From contig JBFMEZ010000011.1 of NCBI GenBank assembly GCA_040753215.1, positions 1-47,655 on the forward strand: 47,655 nucleotides of DNA. The letters run 5' to 3'. This stretch comes from Candidatus Micrarchaeota archaeon (lineage in GTDB: Archaea > Micrarchaeota > Micrarchaeia > Anstonellales > Bilamarchaeaceae). A program made the position numbers and the translations under genes. The notes below the pieces were generated by a model that was given only the letters and a program-made list of their open reading frames with translations, did no database searches and was not told where the DNA came from. Shown in pieces: positions 19,029-27,373 of this stretch (positions are counted from its first letter, which is position 1; each line of letters begins with the position of its first letter).

Positions 19029-20003
19029 ATGGAAAAGAAGGAATGGGCAGAGCGCATTGCGACGGACGCACTGCTGCAGTTCGGCATCATCGCGGTTACC
19101 CTTGCCCTCTACATGCTCACGAAGAGCGGAATTTTCGGCGTGCTTGTGATGCTGGAGATAGTCGGCATAGTCGCCCTCGAGGTCAGGCATGGCGTTAAGA
19201 AGCACGGGTGGAAAGCCGAGCTGAAGGAGATTGCAATCTCCCTCGGCGCAATACTAATAATATGGTTTGCGGCGATGCTCGTGATGGGGACCTCCGTTCC
19301 CCTCAATGCGGTGGTCTCCTGCAGCATGCTCCCGAATATAGAGAGGGGCGACCTCGTGCTGGTGCAGGGCTCCGGGCCGGCCGGCTATGACGTGGAGCTT
19401 ACCCCGGAAGAATTCGCCCTCCTGAACGGCTCCGCGACGGTATACGGGCCCGGCGGCAGCGCCACCGTCCGCGGCTCCTTATACACCTATTGCGCCCAGT
19501 TCCAGGGGGAGCCCCTGTGCAGGGAATTCATCTCCGGCCCCGATTCCTTCTACGAAACCCGCGGCCCCTTCACCTTCCATTACGGCACGTGCCTGAGGAA
19601 AAGCAGGGAAAGGGATTACGCAATCTCCACCCCCTGCCTTTCCTATGTGGAGGTCAGGGGGGCGCCTTATCCCATCAACCTCAGCCACGATACAATCGTA
19701 TACGGCCCGGGCCGGGGAGACCTCTATTCCCTTGCCGGAGACATAATCCACCGCCTCTATTTCAGGGTAAGGGTGGGCGATTCCACCTACTACCTTACAA
19801 AAGGGGACAACAATCCCATAATGGACATTCAGGAATACAGCTATTCCAGGGAGATGGGCAACTCGCCTCCCGGCGATTCGCAGTACAAGGGAAAAGTCAT
19901 CGGGAGAATCCCGTACATCGGCTACCTCAAGCTCTTCATCTCCGGGTTCTTCTCGGAGACGATGAACTGCGATTCCACGCTCCAGCTTCCGGTTTATCCA
20001 TAG
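19029..20003 (+). CDS. Signal peptidase I (S26, Sec11-like)
   Basis: TM helices then VVSCSMLPNIERGDLV (catalytic Ser), IIHRL (His), TKGDNN, GKVIGRIPYIG. Start reassigned to MEKKEW. Confidence 0.85.
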   Translation: MEKKEWAERIATDALLQFGIIAVTLALYMLTKSGIFGVLVMLEIVGIVALEVRHGVKKHGWKAELKEIAISLGAILIIWFAAMLVMGTSVPLNAVVSCSMLPNIERGDLVLVQGSGPAGYDVELTPEEFALLNGSATVYGPGGSATVRGSLYTYCAQFQGEPLCREFISGPDSFYETRGPFTFHYGTCLRKSRERDYAISTPCLSYVEVRGAPYPINLSHDTIVYGPGRGDLYSLAGDIIHRLYFRVRVGDSTYYLTKGDNNPIMDIQEYSYSREMGNSPPGDSQYKGKVIGRIPYIGYLKLFISGFFSETMNCDSTLQLPVYP

Positions 20004-20029
20004 TGCGGCCGGTTTCCCGTTCCCCGCAA

Positions 20030-20779
20030 TTATCCGTAGTGCACGTCCTTTTCCTTCCGCACCATCATCAAATCGTTAATCGCAGAGATGTACTCTTCCT
20101 TGTCTGCAGGGGGGATGTCCATCTTCCGCAGCTTCGCTTCCCAGTCCTTCAAAGCGAACACGAACCTCTCGTTCTTCTCAGCATATTTCGCATACGCGAG
20201 CAGCACGTCCAGCGCATAGGTGCATCTGCATTCCTCCAGCGCCTCCACCGCAGCGTTCCTAAGCATCTGCATCGCCGCATGCTCCGCGCCCATGTAGAAC
20301 GCGAGGTGCCTTGAGAGGACCTTCGCCGCCCCCACGTCCCCGATTTCCCCAAGAAGCAGCAGCAGCTCCACAGTCCCTTCCAGCGAATTTGAATAATTAA
20401 ACATAGCCCTGTACACGTGCTTCCTCACGTCCAGCACTTCCGCCTTCTCCCCCAGTATTTTTTTGAAGAACTCGAAATTCTCCATCGCGCGCGCGTTCGC
20501 CGCCCTGGATAGGTGCTCGTGCACCACGAAAAGGATGAACTGCTTCACCACCGCGTCCCCGCGCGCATACGCCTCCAGCACCCGGCCCTTCGCCTCCTCG
20601 ACCTCCGCCCTGCTTTTCAGCATGGGGTAGGAATTCACCGCGCCCAGAGCGAGCTCCGCCTCCTTCATCAGGCGCTTCCTCCTCTCCAGGATTTCTTTCG
20701 GGACTTTTTCCGTTTCCGGTTCTGCGGGCGCCTTCTTTTCGGCTTTCTTTCTGCCTTTAGGAGTCTTTTTTCTTTTCAT
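20030..20779 (-). CDS. Hypothetical helical protein with HEAT-like repeats
   Basis: 249-aa ORF, LLLLGEIGD and LRNAAVEALEE segments, basic N-terminus. Confidence 0.7.
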   Translation of the reverse strand: MKRKKTPKGRKKAEKKAPAEPETEKVPKEILERRKRLMKEAELALGAVNSYPMLKSRAEVEEAKGRVLEAYARGDAVVKQFILFVVHEHLSRAANARAMENFEFFKKILGEKAEVLDVRKHVYRAMFNYSNSLEGTVELLLLLGEIGDVGAAKVLSRHLAFYMGAEHAAMQMLRNAAVEALEECRCTYALDVLLAYAKYAEKNERFVFALKDWEAKLRKMDIPPADKEEYISAINDLMMVRKEKDVHYG

Positions 20780-20822
20780 AGGGCGCTCTTTCTTCAGGAG
20801 CCGTTAAAAAGCTAACATTCCG

Positions 20823-22256
20823 CTAGCAGGCCTTCTTCGCAGGATGCCCGTTCTCCGCAGGAGGGACACTGCCCTTCCTTCCATTCGGGGGCGGCCGGCT
20901 TTTCCGCGGCACCCCGCTGGGCCTGGTGCCGACTGTGTCCAGCACCACCCTTCCCAGCCTTATCCTGCCCAGTATCCCGTCCGCCCCGCAGTCGCCGGTC
21001 CCGTCCACCGGGACCTTCACCGCAAGCTTCATCTGCACCCTCTGCCTTTCGGGAACGTCTTCGATAAGTTCGCTCATGCAGAGGAGCTCCGCGATTTCCT
21101 GCTTGGGAACGCAGTCCTTCTCAAGCAGCTCCATCACCAGGCTCCAGGCCTGCCTCGCGGCCTCGCCCTGCGCCCTGCCGGTGAGCCGCATGAGCATCTT
21201 CATCCCCGCCTCGCCGAGGGTGGCGCCCATCCACACGGCCTCCTCCACCTTGGACAGGAACAGCGCCCTCTCCTTGTCATCCACCTCGCCGCTGCAGGCG
21301 ATTCTCATCAGGAAGTGCGCCTTCCTTGAGAGGTCGGGCTTCTCTTCCCCATCCTCCACCGCTTCCTTGCCGAGCAGGTACCCTATCTGCTCCTGGCCGA
21401 GCATGCCCCTGTTGAAAAGCCTGAACGCAATAGCCCATGCCTTCTCCGCAATATCCGGCTCCATGTCCTCAGTCATCCTGAGCAGCATGGACTTCTCTTC
21501 CCTTCCAGGGTTCGCCCCAAGCCTCACCGCAACAAGCATTTCCTCAACCGCGCTGCCTCTGTTTTTTGGCTTCACCTCCGCGTATGCGAACCTCACGGCC
21601 GAATTTATGTCCCTCGCTTCAATGAGCGCGGATGCGGCCTCCCATCGGACCCTTGAGCTCCTATTTGCGAGGAAGCTCCTCAGCCCGGATAGGGCCTCTT
21701 CCTTCTTTCCCTCCAGCCCCCTCAGCTCTTCCTCAAGCGCCCTCGCCTTCCCTTCCAGCCCTCTCAATTGTTCTTCTTGCTCTTTTATGTCATCCTCCAG
21801 TGTGATTGTGCCCCAGTCATCCTCGTCCCCGCTCTTTTTCGCTTTGAGCCCTTCCAGGGCTGCCCTCACATCCGCTACATTTCCCTTTAGTTTTTCCAGC
21901 TCCCCACCGCCGCTCTCGGCTCTTTCCAGGATTTCCGCCAGCTCCTTCTGCAGCCTACCCACCGCCTCCGCACCCTCATGCGCCTTTGCATGGAATTCGG
22001 CCAGCCTGCTTTCCACCATCTCCGCGACATTCTCCCCCGCCGGCGCACGCCCCAGCATGAGCGCCATCGCTTCCAGCAGCAGCTCCTCAAGCTGGTAGTA
22101 CCTTGATGCCTCCCTGCTCATCGGGCCGAAGTCCGGCCTGCCGGCGGAGGACGCCCTACCCGGCTGCTCCAGCACCTGTGCCATCGCCCTGTAGCTGTTC
22201 CTCCATCTCTGGAATTCCGTCCCCCACAGGACCTGGTCCTTCTTCTCATCGCCCAT
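20823..22256 (-). CDS. Hypothetical coiled-coil plus HEAT-like protein
   Basis: 477-aa ORF, heptad-rich N-half (LRGLEGK repeated), VRWEAASAL, Pro/Lys-rich tail. Confidence 0.7.
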   Translation of the reverse strand: MGDEKKDQVLWGTEFQRWRNSYRAMAQVLEQPGRASSAGRPDFGPMSREASRYYQLEELLLEAMALMLGRAPAGENVAEMVESRLAEFHAKAHEGAEAVGRLQKELAEILERAESGGGELEKLKGNVADVRAALEGLKAKKSGDEDDWGTITLEDDIKEQEEQLRGLEGKARALEEELRGLEGKKEEALSGLRSFLANRSSRVRWEAASALIEARDINSAVRFAYAEVKPKNRGSAVEEMLVAVRLGANPGREEKSMLLRMTEDMEPDIAEKAWAIAFRLFNRGMLGQEQIGYLLGKEAVEDGEEKPDLSRKAHFLMRIACSGEVDDKERALFLSKVEEAVWMGATLGEAGMKMLMRLTGRAQGEAARQAWSLVMELLEKDCVPKQEIAELLCMSELIEDVPERQRVQMKLAVKVPVDGTGDCGADGILGRIRLGRVVLDTVGTRPSGVPRKSRPPPNGRKGSVPPAENGHPAKKAC

Positions 22257-22356
22257 AATAGCCTCGCATTATACTAAGCAGCAACTTATTTTTATTTATT
22301 GCCATTTTCCGCCACCGGCTTACCTTTAAAACCCTTTCACGCATTCTTACCCCGGT

Positions 22357-22965
22357 GTGTTTTTGCAAATACATTTCTGCACCACGAATAGGGGGAAGTT
22401 CGCCGAAGCGCAAAAGATTTTAAACAAATACGGTGTAAATATCTCTCATGCTCCACTCCCTTTAGAGGAGAAGAGGAGCGATTCGGTGGAGGAAATCGCA
22501 GAGGGCTGCGCCCTTCGCGCCTGCTCCGCCCTGGGGAAGCCCCTCTTCGTTGAGGATTCCGGTTTATTCATACCGGCGCTGAACGGCTTCCCGGGCACCT
22601 ATTCCGCGTGGGTCCTCAAAAAACTCGGAAACGAAGGGATTCTTCGCCTTCTCTCCGGAACAAGGGGCCGCAGGGCGGAATTCAGGTGCGCAATCGCGTT
22701 CGTCGAACCTCGGCGGGCTAAGGTCCCGGCTGGTGCCGTGCGCCCGCAGAGGTCCGCAAACGGAAAGGAAGTGAGAATATTCACGGGCTCCGTGAGTGGG
22801 CGGGTCCCCGGATCCATCCGCGGCAAAGGGGGGTTCGGATACGACCCGATATTCATCCCGGAAGGGGAGGAAAAGACCTTCGCCGAGGAACCCTCCCTCA
22901 AGGATTCCCTCTCGCACCGTTCGAAGGCCCTGCATAAGCTCGGGGAGTTTCTCTCAAAAAGGTGA
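22357..22965 (+). CDS. rdgB: Non-canonical purine NTP pyrophosphatase (RdgB/HAM1)
   Basis: TTNRGKF, VEDSGLFIPALNGFPGTYS, GFGYDPIF, SHRSKAL. Confidence 0.95.
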   Translation: MFLQIHFCTTNRGKFAEAQKILNKYGVNISHAPLPLEEKRSDSVEEIAEGCALRACSALGKPLFVEDSGLFIPALNGFPGTYSAWVLKKLGNEGILRLLSGTRGRRAEFRCAIAFVEPRRAKVPAGAVRPQRSANGKEVRIFTGSVSGRVPGSIRGKGGFGYDPIFIPEGEEKTFAEEPSLKDSLSHRSKALHKLGEFLSKR

Positions 22966-22969
22966 AAAA

Positions 22970-23425
22970 ATGGCAAAATTGCATTCCAGAAAGAAGGGAA
23001 AGTCCGGCTCCAGGAGGCCCAAAGCCCCCATGAAGCCGGATTGGGTTGTGTACAACGCGGAGGAGATAAAGGAAACAATCCGCAAGCTCTCAAGGGAGGG
23101 GGTATCCGCAACGAGGATAGGGCTGATACTCCGCGACGAATACGGGGTGCCGCTCGCAAAGCCGTACCTCGGCAGGACGGTAGGGCAGTTCCTGGAGGAG
23201 GAAAAGCTTTCCCCGAAGTTTCCTGACGACCTCCTCAGCCTGATAAAGAAGGCGGTGGGGATGAGAGGCCACCTCCGCACCAATAAGGCGGACCTCCACA
23301 ACAAGGTCAAGCTTGCGCACGTTGAGTCCAAAATCCACCGCCTTGTGAAATATTACAGGGCGAAGGGAAAAATCCCGGCGGGATGGGCGTACGACCCCGA
23401 GACCGCGGCGCTTCTCATAAAGTGA
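22970..23425 (+). CDS. rps15: 30S ribosomal protein S15 (uS15)
   Basis: MAKLHSRKKGKSGS, IGLILRDEYGVP, ESKIHRLVKYY. Confidence 0.96.
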   Translation: MAKLHSRKKGKSGSRRPKAPMKPDWVVYNAEEIKETIRKLSREGVSATRIGLILRDEYGVPLAKPYLGRTVGQFLEEEKLSPKFPDDLLSLIKKAVGMRGHLRTNKADLHNKVKLAHVESKIHRLVKYYRAKGKIPAGWAYDPETAALLIK

Positions 23426-23434
23426 GATGATTGA

Positions 23435-24022
23435 ATGGCAGTGAAAAAGAAAGCCTCAGAAAAGCAAAAAATGAAAGAGTGGTACAAGGTCCTCGCCCCC
23501 GAGAAATACGAGTCCAGGGAGCTGGGCGAGGCGGTAGCTTCGGACCCCAAGCTCATGATGAACCGCGTAATCCCTGTGAGCCTGAGCGACCTCACCGGGA
23601 AGTTCTCCCAGACCTCCCTCTACACCGCGCTGGATTTCCGCGTGAAGGAGGTGAAGGGAAAGGCAGCCCACACGGAGCTCATTGGGCACAGGCTCTCGCC
23701 TTCTTACCTGCGGACCTTTGTGCGCAGGAGGAGGACCGTCCTCCACTCCGTCCTTGATGTTTCCACCAAGGATGAGAAGGAGGTCCGCCTCAAGCTCGTT
23801 GCAGTCACCAGGGAGAAGATAAGCGAAACGCAAAGGAGAAACCTCCGCAGGGCGATTGAGGATGAAGTGAAGACCGCCTCCAGGGAATTCACCTATTACG
23901 AATTGATGGATGAGCTCATGTACGGAAGGCTCGCCACGCGCGTGTTCAACAAGGCGAAGGACGTCACTCCCATGAGCCGCGTGGAGTTCAGGAAGAGCGA
24001 ACTGAAGGAAACGTTTTCGTAG
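23435..24022 (+). CDS. rps3ae: 30S ribosomal protein S3Ae (eS1)
   Basis: KEWYKVLAP, YLRTFVRRR, PMSRVEFRKSE. Confidence 0.92.
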   Translation: MAVKKKASEKQKMKEWYKVLAPEKYESRELGEAVASDPKLMMNRVIPVSLSDLTGKFSQTSLYTALDFRVKEVKGKAAHTELIGHRLSPSYLRTFVRRRRTVLHSVLDVSTKDEKEVRLKLVAVTREKISETQRRNLRRAIEDEVKTASREFTYYELMDELMYGRLATRVFNKAKDVTPMSRVEFRKSELKETFS

Positions 24023-24036
24023 CTTTCAGCGCCTTA

Positions 24037-24076
24037 ACTAACACCTGGTGTTAGCTACTAACACGTAGTGCTAGTT
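24037..24076. repeat. Two tandem 20-bp imperfect palindromes upstream of the HEPN-MNT pair
   Basis: ACTAACACCTGGTGTTAGCT followed directly by ACTAACACGTAGTGCTAGTT. Confidence 0.7.
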
Positions 24077-24170
24077 GTTCACCGAACCTCCACAGCATAC
24101 TCACACAGCACCTTTTTCTGGCCTCTACTTCAGGTTTATATATTTTCTCTCTGAACAGATGTCAGATGTT

Positions 24171-24548
24171 ATGCGCGAAGAGATAAGGAACTGGCTGAAG
24201 CAGGCAGAGGAGGATTTCATAACTGCCGAAGCCAACTTAAAGGCGAAAAGATATTATGCATGCGCATTCTTTTCGCAGCAAAGTGCGGAGAAGGCGGCAA
24301 AGGCGGTTTTCCTGCTGAAAAAGGGCGACCTGCCCAGGCAGCACAACCTAGTGCTCATAGGCAAGGAGCTGAAGGTGCCGCATGAGATAATGATGCCGCT
24401 TGTGATCCTCAATCCGGAGTATGTGATGACACGCTATCCGGATGCGGCTGTGGGCGTGCCTGCGGAAAACTATACGGTAGAGATCGCTAAAGAGAAGCTT
24501 GAAAACGCAAAGAAGGTGATGGAATGGGCAAAAAGCCACTTGAAATAA
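24171..24548 (+). CDS. HEPN domain protein
   Basis: WLKQAEEDF..A, YYACAFFSQQSAEKAAKA, PRQHNL, TRYPD. TATA TTTATATA at 24135-24142. Alternative start at 24159. Confidence 0.88.
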   Translation: MREEIRNWLKQAEEDFITAEANLKAKRYYACAFFSQQSAEKAAKAVFLLKKGDLPRQHNLVLIGKELKVPHEIMMPLVILNPEYVMTRYPDAAVGVPAENYTVEIAKEKLENAKKVMEWAKSHLK

Positions 24549-24847
24549 AGCCATTCATAAAAAGATTCATAAGCAGGCTGAAGAAGGCATTCAGGATTGA
24601 GAAGATAATCCTCTTTGGCTCAAGGGCGAGGGGCGATTACCTTGTGCATAGCGACTATGACCTGCTCATAGTGTCCCCGGATTTTGAGGGCAGGTTCTTC
24701 ACGCAGAGAAGCGTGGATGTAACGCTAAAGACAGACCCAGATTTCAACTTTGAATTCTTGTGCTACACTCCGGAGGAATTTGAGAAGAAGAGGAAACAGG
24801 TTGGGATTGTAAGGAATGCAGTGAAGGAAGGCATAGCGCTTGTCTGA
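24524..24847 (+). CDS. Minimal nucleotidyltransferase (MNT)
   Basis: IILFGSRARGDYLVHSDYDLLIVS, YTPEEF. Overlaps the HEPN gene. Confidence 0.92.
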   Translation: MGKKPLEIKPFIKRFISRLKKAFRIEKIILFGSRARGDYLVHSDYDLLIVSPDFEGRFFTQRSVDVTLKTDPDFNFEFLCYTPEEFEKKRKQVGIVRNAVKEGIALV

Positions 24848-24875
24848 AAACAAATGTAACTGCTTGGTGAAGATT

Positions 24876-25199
24876 ATGCTTGGCGGAATTGACCCAAGGC
24901 AGATGGCAAAAATGATGAAGCAGATGGGAATCAACACGAAGGAGATTCCCGCGGACCGCGTCATAATAGAGGGCGCGGAGGAGAAAATCATAATTGAAGA
25001 GCCGCAAATTGTAGAAATAACCGCGCAGGGGCAGTCCTCCTTCCAGATTTCAGGGAGAATAAGGAAGGAAGAGAAGCTGAATGAGGAAGACATTTCCCTG
25101 ATTATGGAGAAAACCGGAGCTTCCCGCGAAAAAGCGATTGAAGCCCTGAAGAATGCGAACGGGGATTTGGCGGAAGCGATTCTCTCGCTCAGCCAGTAG
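24876..25199 (+). CDS. nac: Nascent polypeptide-associated complex protein
   Basis: DPRQMAKMMKQMGI, UBA-like tail ALKNANGDLAEAILSL. Confidence 0.93.
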   Translation: MLGGIDPRQMAKMMKQMGINTKEIPADRVIIEGAEEKIIIEEPQIVEITAQGQSSFQISGRIRKEEKLNEEDISLIMEKTGASREKAIEALKNANGDLAEAILSLSQ

Positions 25200-25234
25200 G
25201 AATGTTTTTAACCGGTACAGCCCATTACTAATCC

Positions 25235-25420
25235 ATGGCCAAGCCAATCCGTTCAACACCAACGCTTCATGGCGAGGATGCAGTAAGGTTCGTGAAAGAG
25301 ATGCTCAGGGAACAGAGGCATCCGTCCAGGGCGAGGGTGGAGACGATAAAAAAAGCGGTTTCCGAATTCAAATACTTCAGCCGCTATCTTCGAGCCAGAC
25401 ATCCAGGTACATCGGGATAG
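25235..25420 (+). CDS. Small antitoxin-like protein of the type found next to GNAT toxins
   Basis: MAKPIRSTPTLHGEDAVRFVKEM resembles the PTLxGxDAxRF motif of small GNAT-associated partners. TTTTTAA at ~25204-25210. Confidence 0.55.
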   Translation: MAKPIRSTPTLHGEDAVRFVKEMLREQRHPSRARVETIKKAVSEFKYFSRYLRARHPGTSG

Positions 25421-25544
25421 TGCCCTTCTCCCTTTCAGCCAGTATTCTGAAGCCCATCTTCTTGTAGAAGTGTATCGGGTCGAATTTCGGGTCCTTTCCC
25501 CTCTTCGCGTCAAGCACCAAGAACTGCCGCTCTTCAGGAACCAC
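25377..25544 (-). pseudogene. C-terminal fragment of a GNAT acetyltransferase toxin
   Basis: Manual translation (not in the ORF track): ...RQFLVLDAKRGKDPKFDPIHFYKKMGFRILAEREKGTIPMYLDVWLEDSG*. The N-terminal acetyl-CoA-binding part is absent. Confidence 0.7.
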
Positions 25545-25618
25545 AAATTTTCTGCTGTTTAGGATTTTCCCAAATAATCCTGCACCCTTTTATATTCCTT
25601 TCAATTCCTACCAATCCC

Positions 25619-26434
25619 ATGGAATGGAAAAATATATTTGTGGTGTTTGCGCTGCTGCTTCTTTTTGCGGGCTGCATAGGCGGCGAACAGGTTTTCCCTA
25701 AGGGTGGGGAGGTTGCTGGGAGGATTGTTTCTGGCGCCCCTTCCGCCTTATACGAGGCGGGCTTCTCTCCGGAAGAAAACCGTATGGTAATCCAAACCGG
25801 CTCCCTTTCCCTGAAGGTGCAGGAAGGGACTTTGGAAGAAAAGGTTGCCGCAGTGAGGGGATTCGTTTCCGATGTCCGCGGCACCTACTCGGGAATCTCC
25901 TATTACGAAACCGATGCGGACAAGAATTACTATCTCACAGTAAAGGTCCCTCCCTCCAGGTTCGATGAATTCGTAAATAAGCTCAAAACAATCGGTGAGA
26001 TAAAATCCATCGATACTTCCCTGGAGGACGTAACCGAACAGTACACCGACATAAACACCCGCATCTCCAACCTTGAGGCAGAGCTGGCCCGCCTCAACGA
26101 ATTATACGGCAAGGCGGAGGATGTGGAGGATGTGCTCGCAATAGAGCGCGAGGTCACGCGCGTGCAGACCGAACTGGACATCTACAAGCAGCAGAAGCTG
26201 AACTTGGAGAGAAGAAGCGCAATGAGCACCATTTCCGTGCGCGTATATGAAGAGAAGCCTGCAATTCAGGCAAACCTTTTGGTTCCACTTGAACAGCTCC
26301 TTGCGGTATTCTTCTGGATGCTTTCCTTAGCGATAATGCTGCTCGCGGGCGCAGCCGGCTTCCTGCTTCCGGTAATAATACTCATATTCGTTCTCTGGAA
26401 GCTGTGGCAGTTCTTCAGGGGGAAGAAAAAGTAG
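25619..26434 (+). CDS. DUF4349-like lipoprotein/membrane protein
   Basis: Lipobox LFAGC, KVPPSRFDEF, EDVTEQYTD, coiled coil, C-terminal TM. Confidence 0.82.
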   Translation: MEWKNIFVVFALLLLFAGCIGGEQVFPKGGEVAGRIVSGAPSALYEAGFSPEENRMVIQTGSLSLKVQEGTLEEKVAAVRGFVSDVRGTYSGISYYETDADKNYYLTVKVPPSRFDEFVNKLKTIGEIKSIDTSLEDVTEQYTDINTRISNLEAELARLNELYGKAEDVEDVLAIEREVTRVQTELDIYKQQKLNLERRSAMSTISVRVYEEKPAIQANLLVPLEQLLAVFFWMLSLAIMLLAGAAGFLLPVIILIFVLWKLWQFFRGKKK

Positions 26435-26476
26435 CTCCCCAATTTCTTTTTATTTCTTTTCTGCATATCCCACAGT

Positions 26477-27340
26477 ATGGAAGTAATCACCCACACAGAT
26501 TTGAAGCTGCCCCTCATCTCAAGGGGGAAGGTAAGGGATGTGTATTCCCTGAACAATGAGATACTGATGGTCTCCACCGACCGGGTTAGCGCCTTTGATG
26601 TGGTATTCAGCGAAGGCATCCCATGGAAGGGCGCGGTCCTGAATTCGCTCTCCGCTTTCTGGTTCGAAAAAACAAAAGGGATAATCCCGAACCATCTCAT
26701 TTCCACCGAAGTCCCGAAAGGCCTCCCCTCTTTTCTTAAGGGAAGGAGCATGGTCGTGAGGAAAACCACGCCCCTCAAAATAGAGGCGGTTGTGCGCGGC
26801 TACCTCACCGGCTCCGGCCTGAAGGAGTACCAGAAGACCGGAAAGGTCTGCGGAATACCCCTTCCCCCCGGCCTTAAGAACGGGGACAAGCTTCCGGGGC
26901 CCATCTTCACCCCCTCCACAAAGGCCGAAGCCGGTCACGACATAAACATCCCATTTGAAGAGGCGAAGAAAATACTCGGGGATGAGGATGCGGAGTTCGT
27001 GCGGCTGAAGGCGCTTGCGCTCTACAGGTTCGCTCATGAGTATTTATTGAACAGGGGCTTCGTCCTGGCAGACACGAAATTCGAGTTCGGAAGGACGGGC
27101 AATGAAATAATACTTATAGACGAGTGCATAACTCCGGATTCCTCCCGCTACTGGGACAGGGAGGAATACAGGAAAGGGAAGCTCGTCTCCTCCGACAAGC
27201 AGTACCTCCGCGACTACCTGGAAACACTGGAATGGAACAAAACCCCTCCGCCGCCCCCCATCCCTCCGGAAGTGGTGCGGAACCTCAGCAGGAAATACCT
27301 TGATGCCTACGAGCGCATCACGGGCCATAAGTTACAATAA
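26477..27340 (+). CDS. purC: SAICAR synthetase
   Basis: RGKVRDVY, TDRVSAFD, EAVVRGYLTGS, FTPSTKA, ADTKFEFG, DECITPDSSRYW, DKQYLRDYL. Confidence 0.96.
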   Translation: MEVITHTDLKLPLISRGKVRDVYSLNNEILMVSTDRVSAFDVVFSEGIPWKGAVLNSLSAFWFEKTKGIIPNHLISTEVPKGLPSFLKGRSMVVRKTTPLKIEAVVRGYLTGSGLKEYQKTGKVCGIPLPPGLKNGDKLPGPIFTPSTKAEAGHDINIPFEEAKKILGDEDAEFVRLKALALYRFAHEYLLNRGFVLADTKFEFGRTGNEIILIDECITPDSSRYWDREEYRKGKLVSSDKQYLRDYLETLEWNKTPPPPPIPPEVVRNLSRKYLDAYERITGHKLQ

Positions 27341-27373
27341 TAAGCTTTTCCTGAGGAGTATTATTGTGATGAT

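Noticed and set aside
26477..27340. Isolated purC as evidence for de novo purine synthesis
   Set aside because: No other pur genes are in the window, so the pathway cannot be judged from here.
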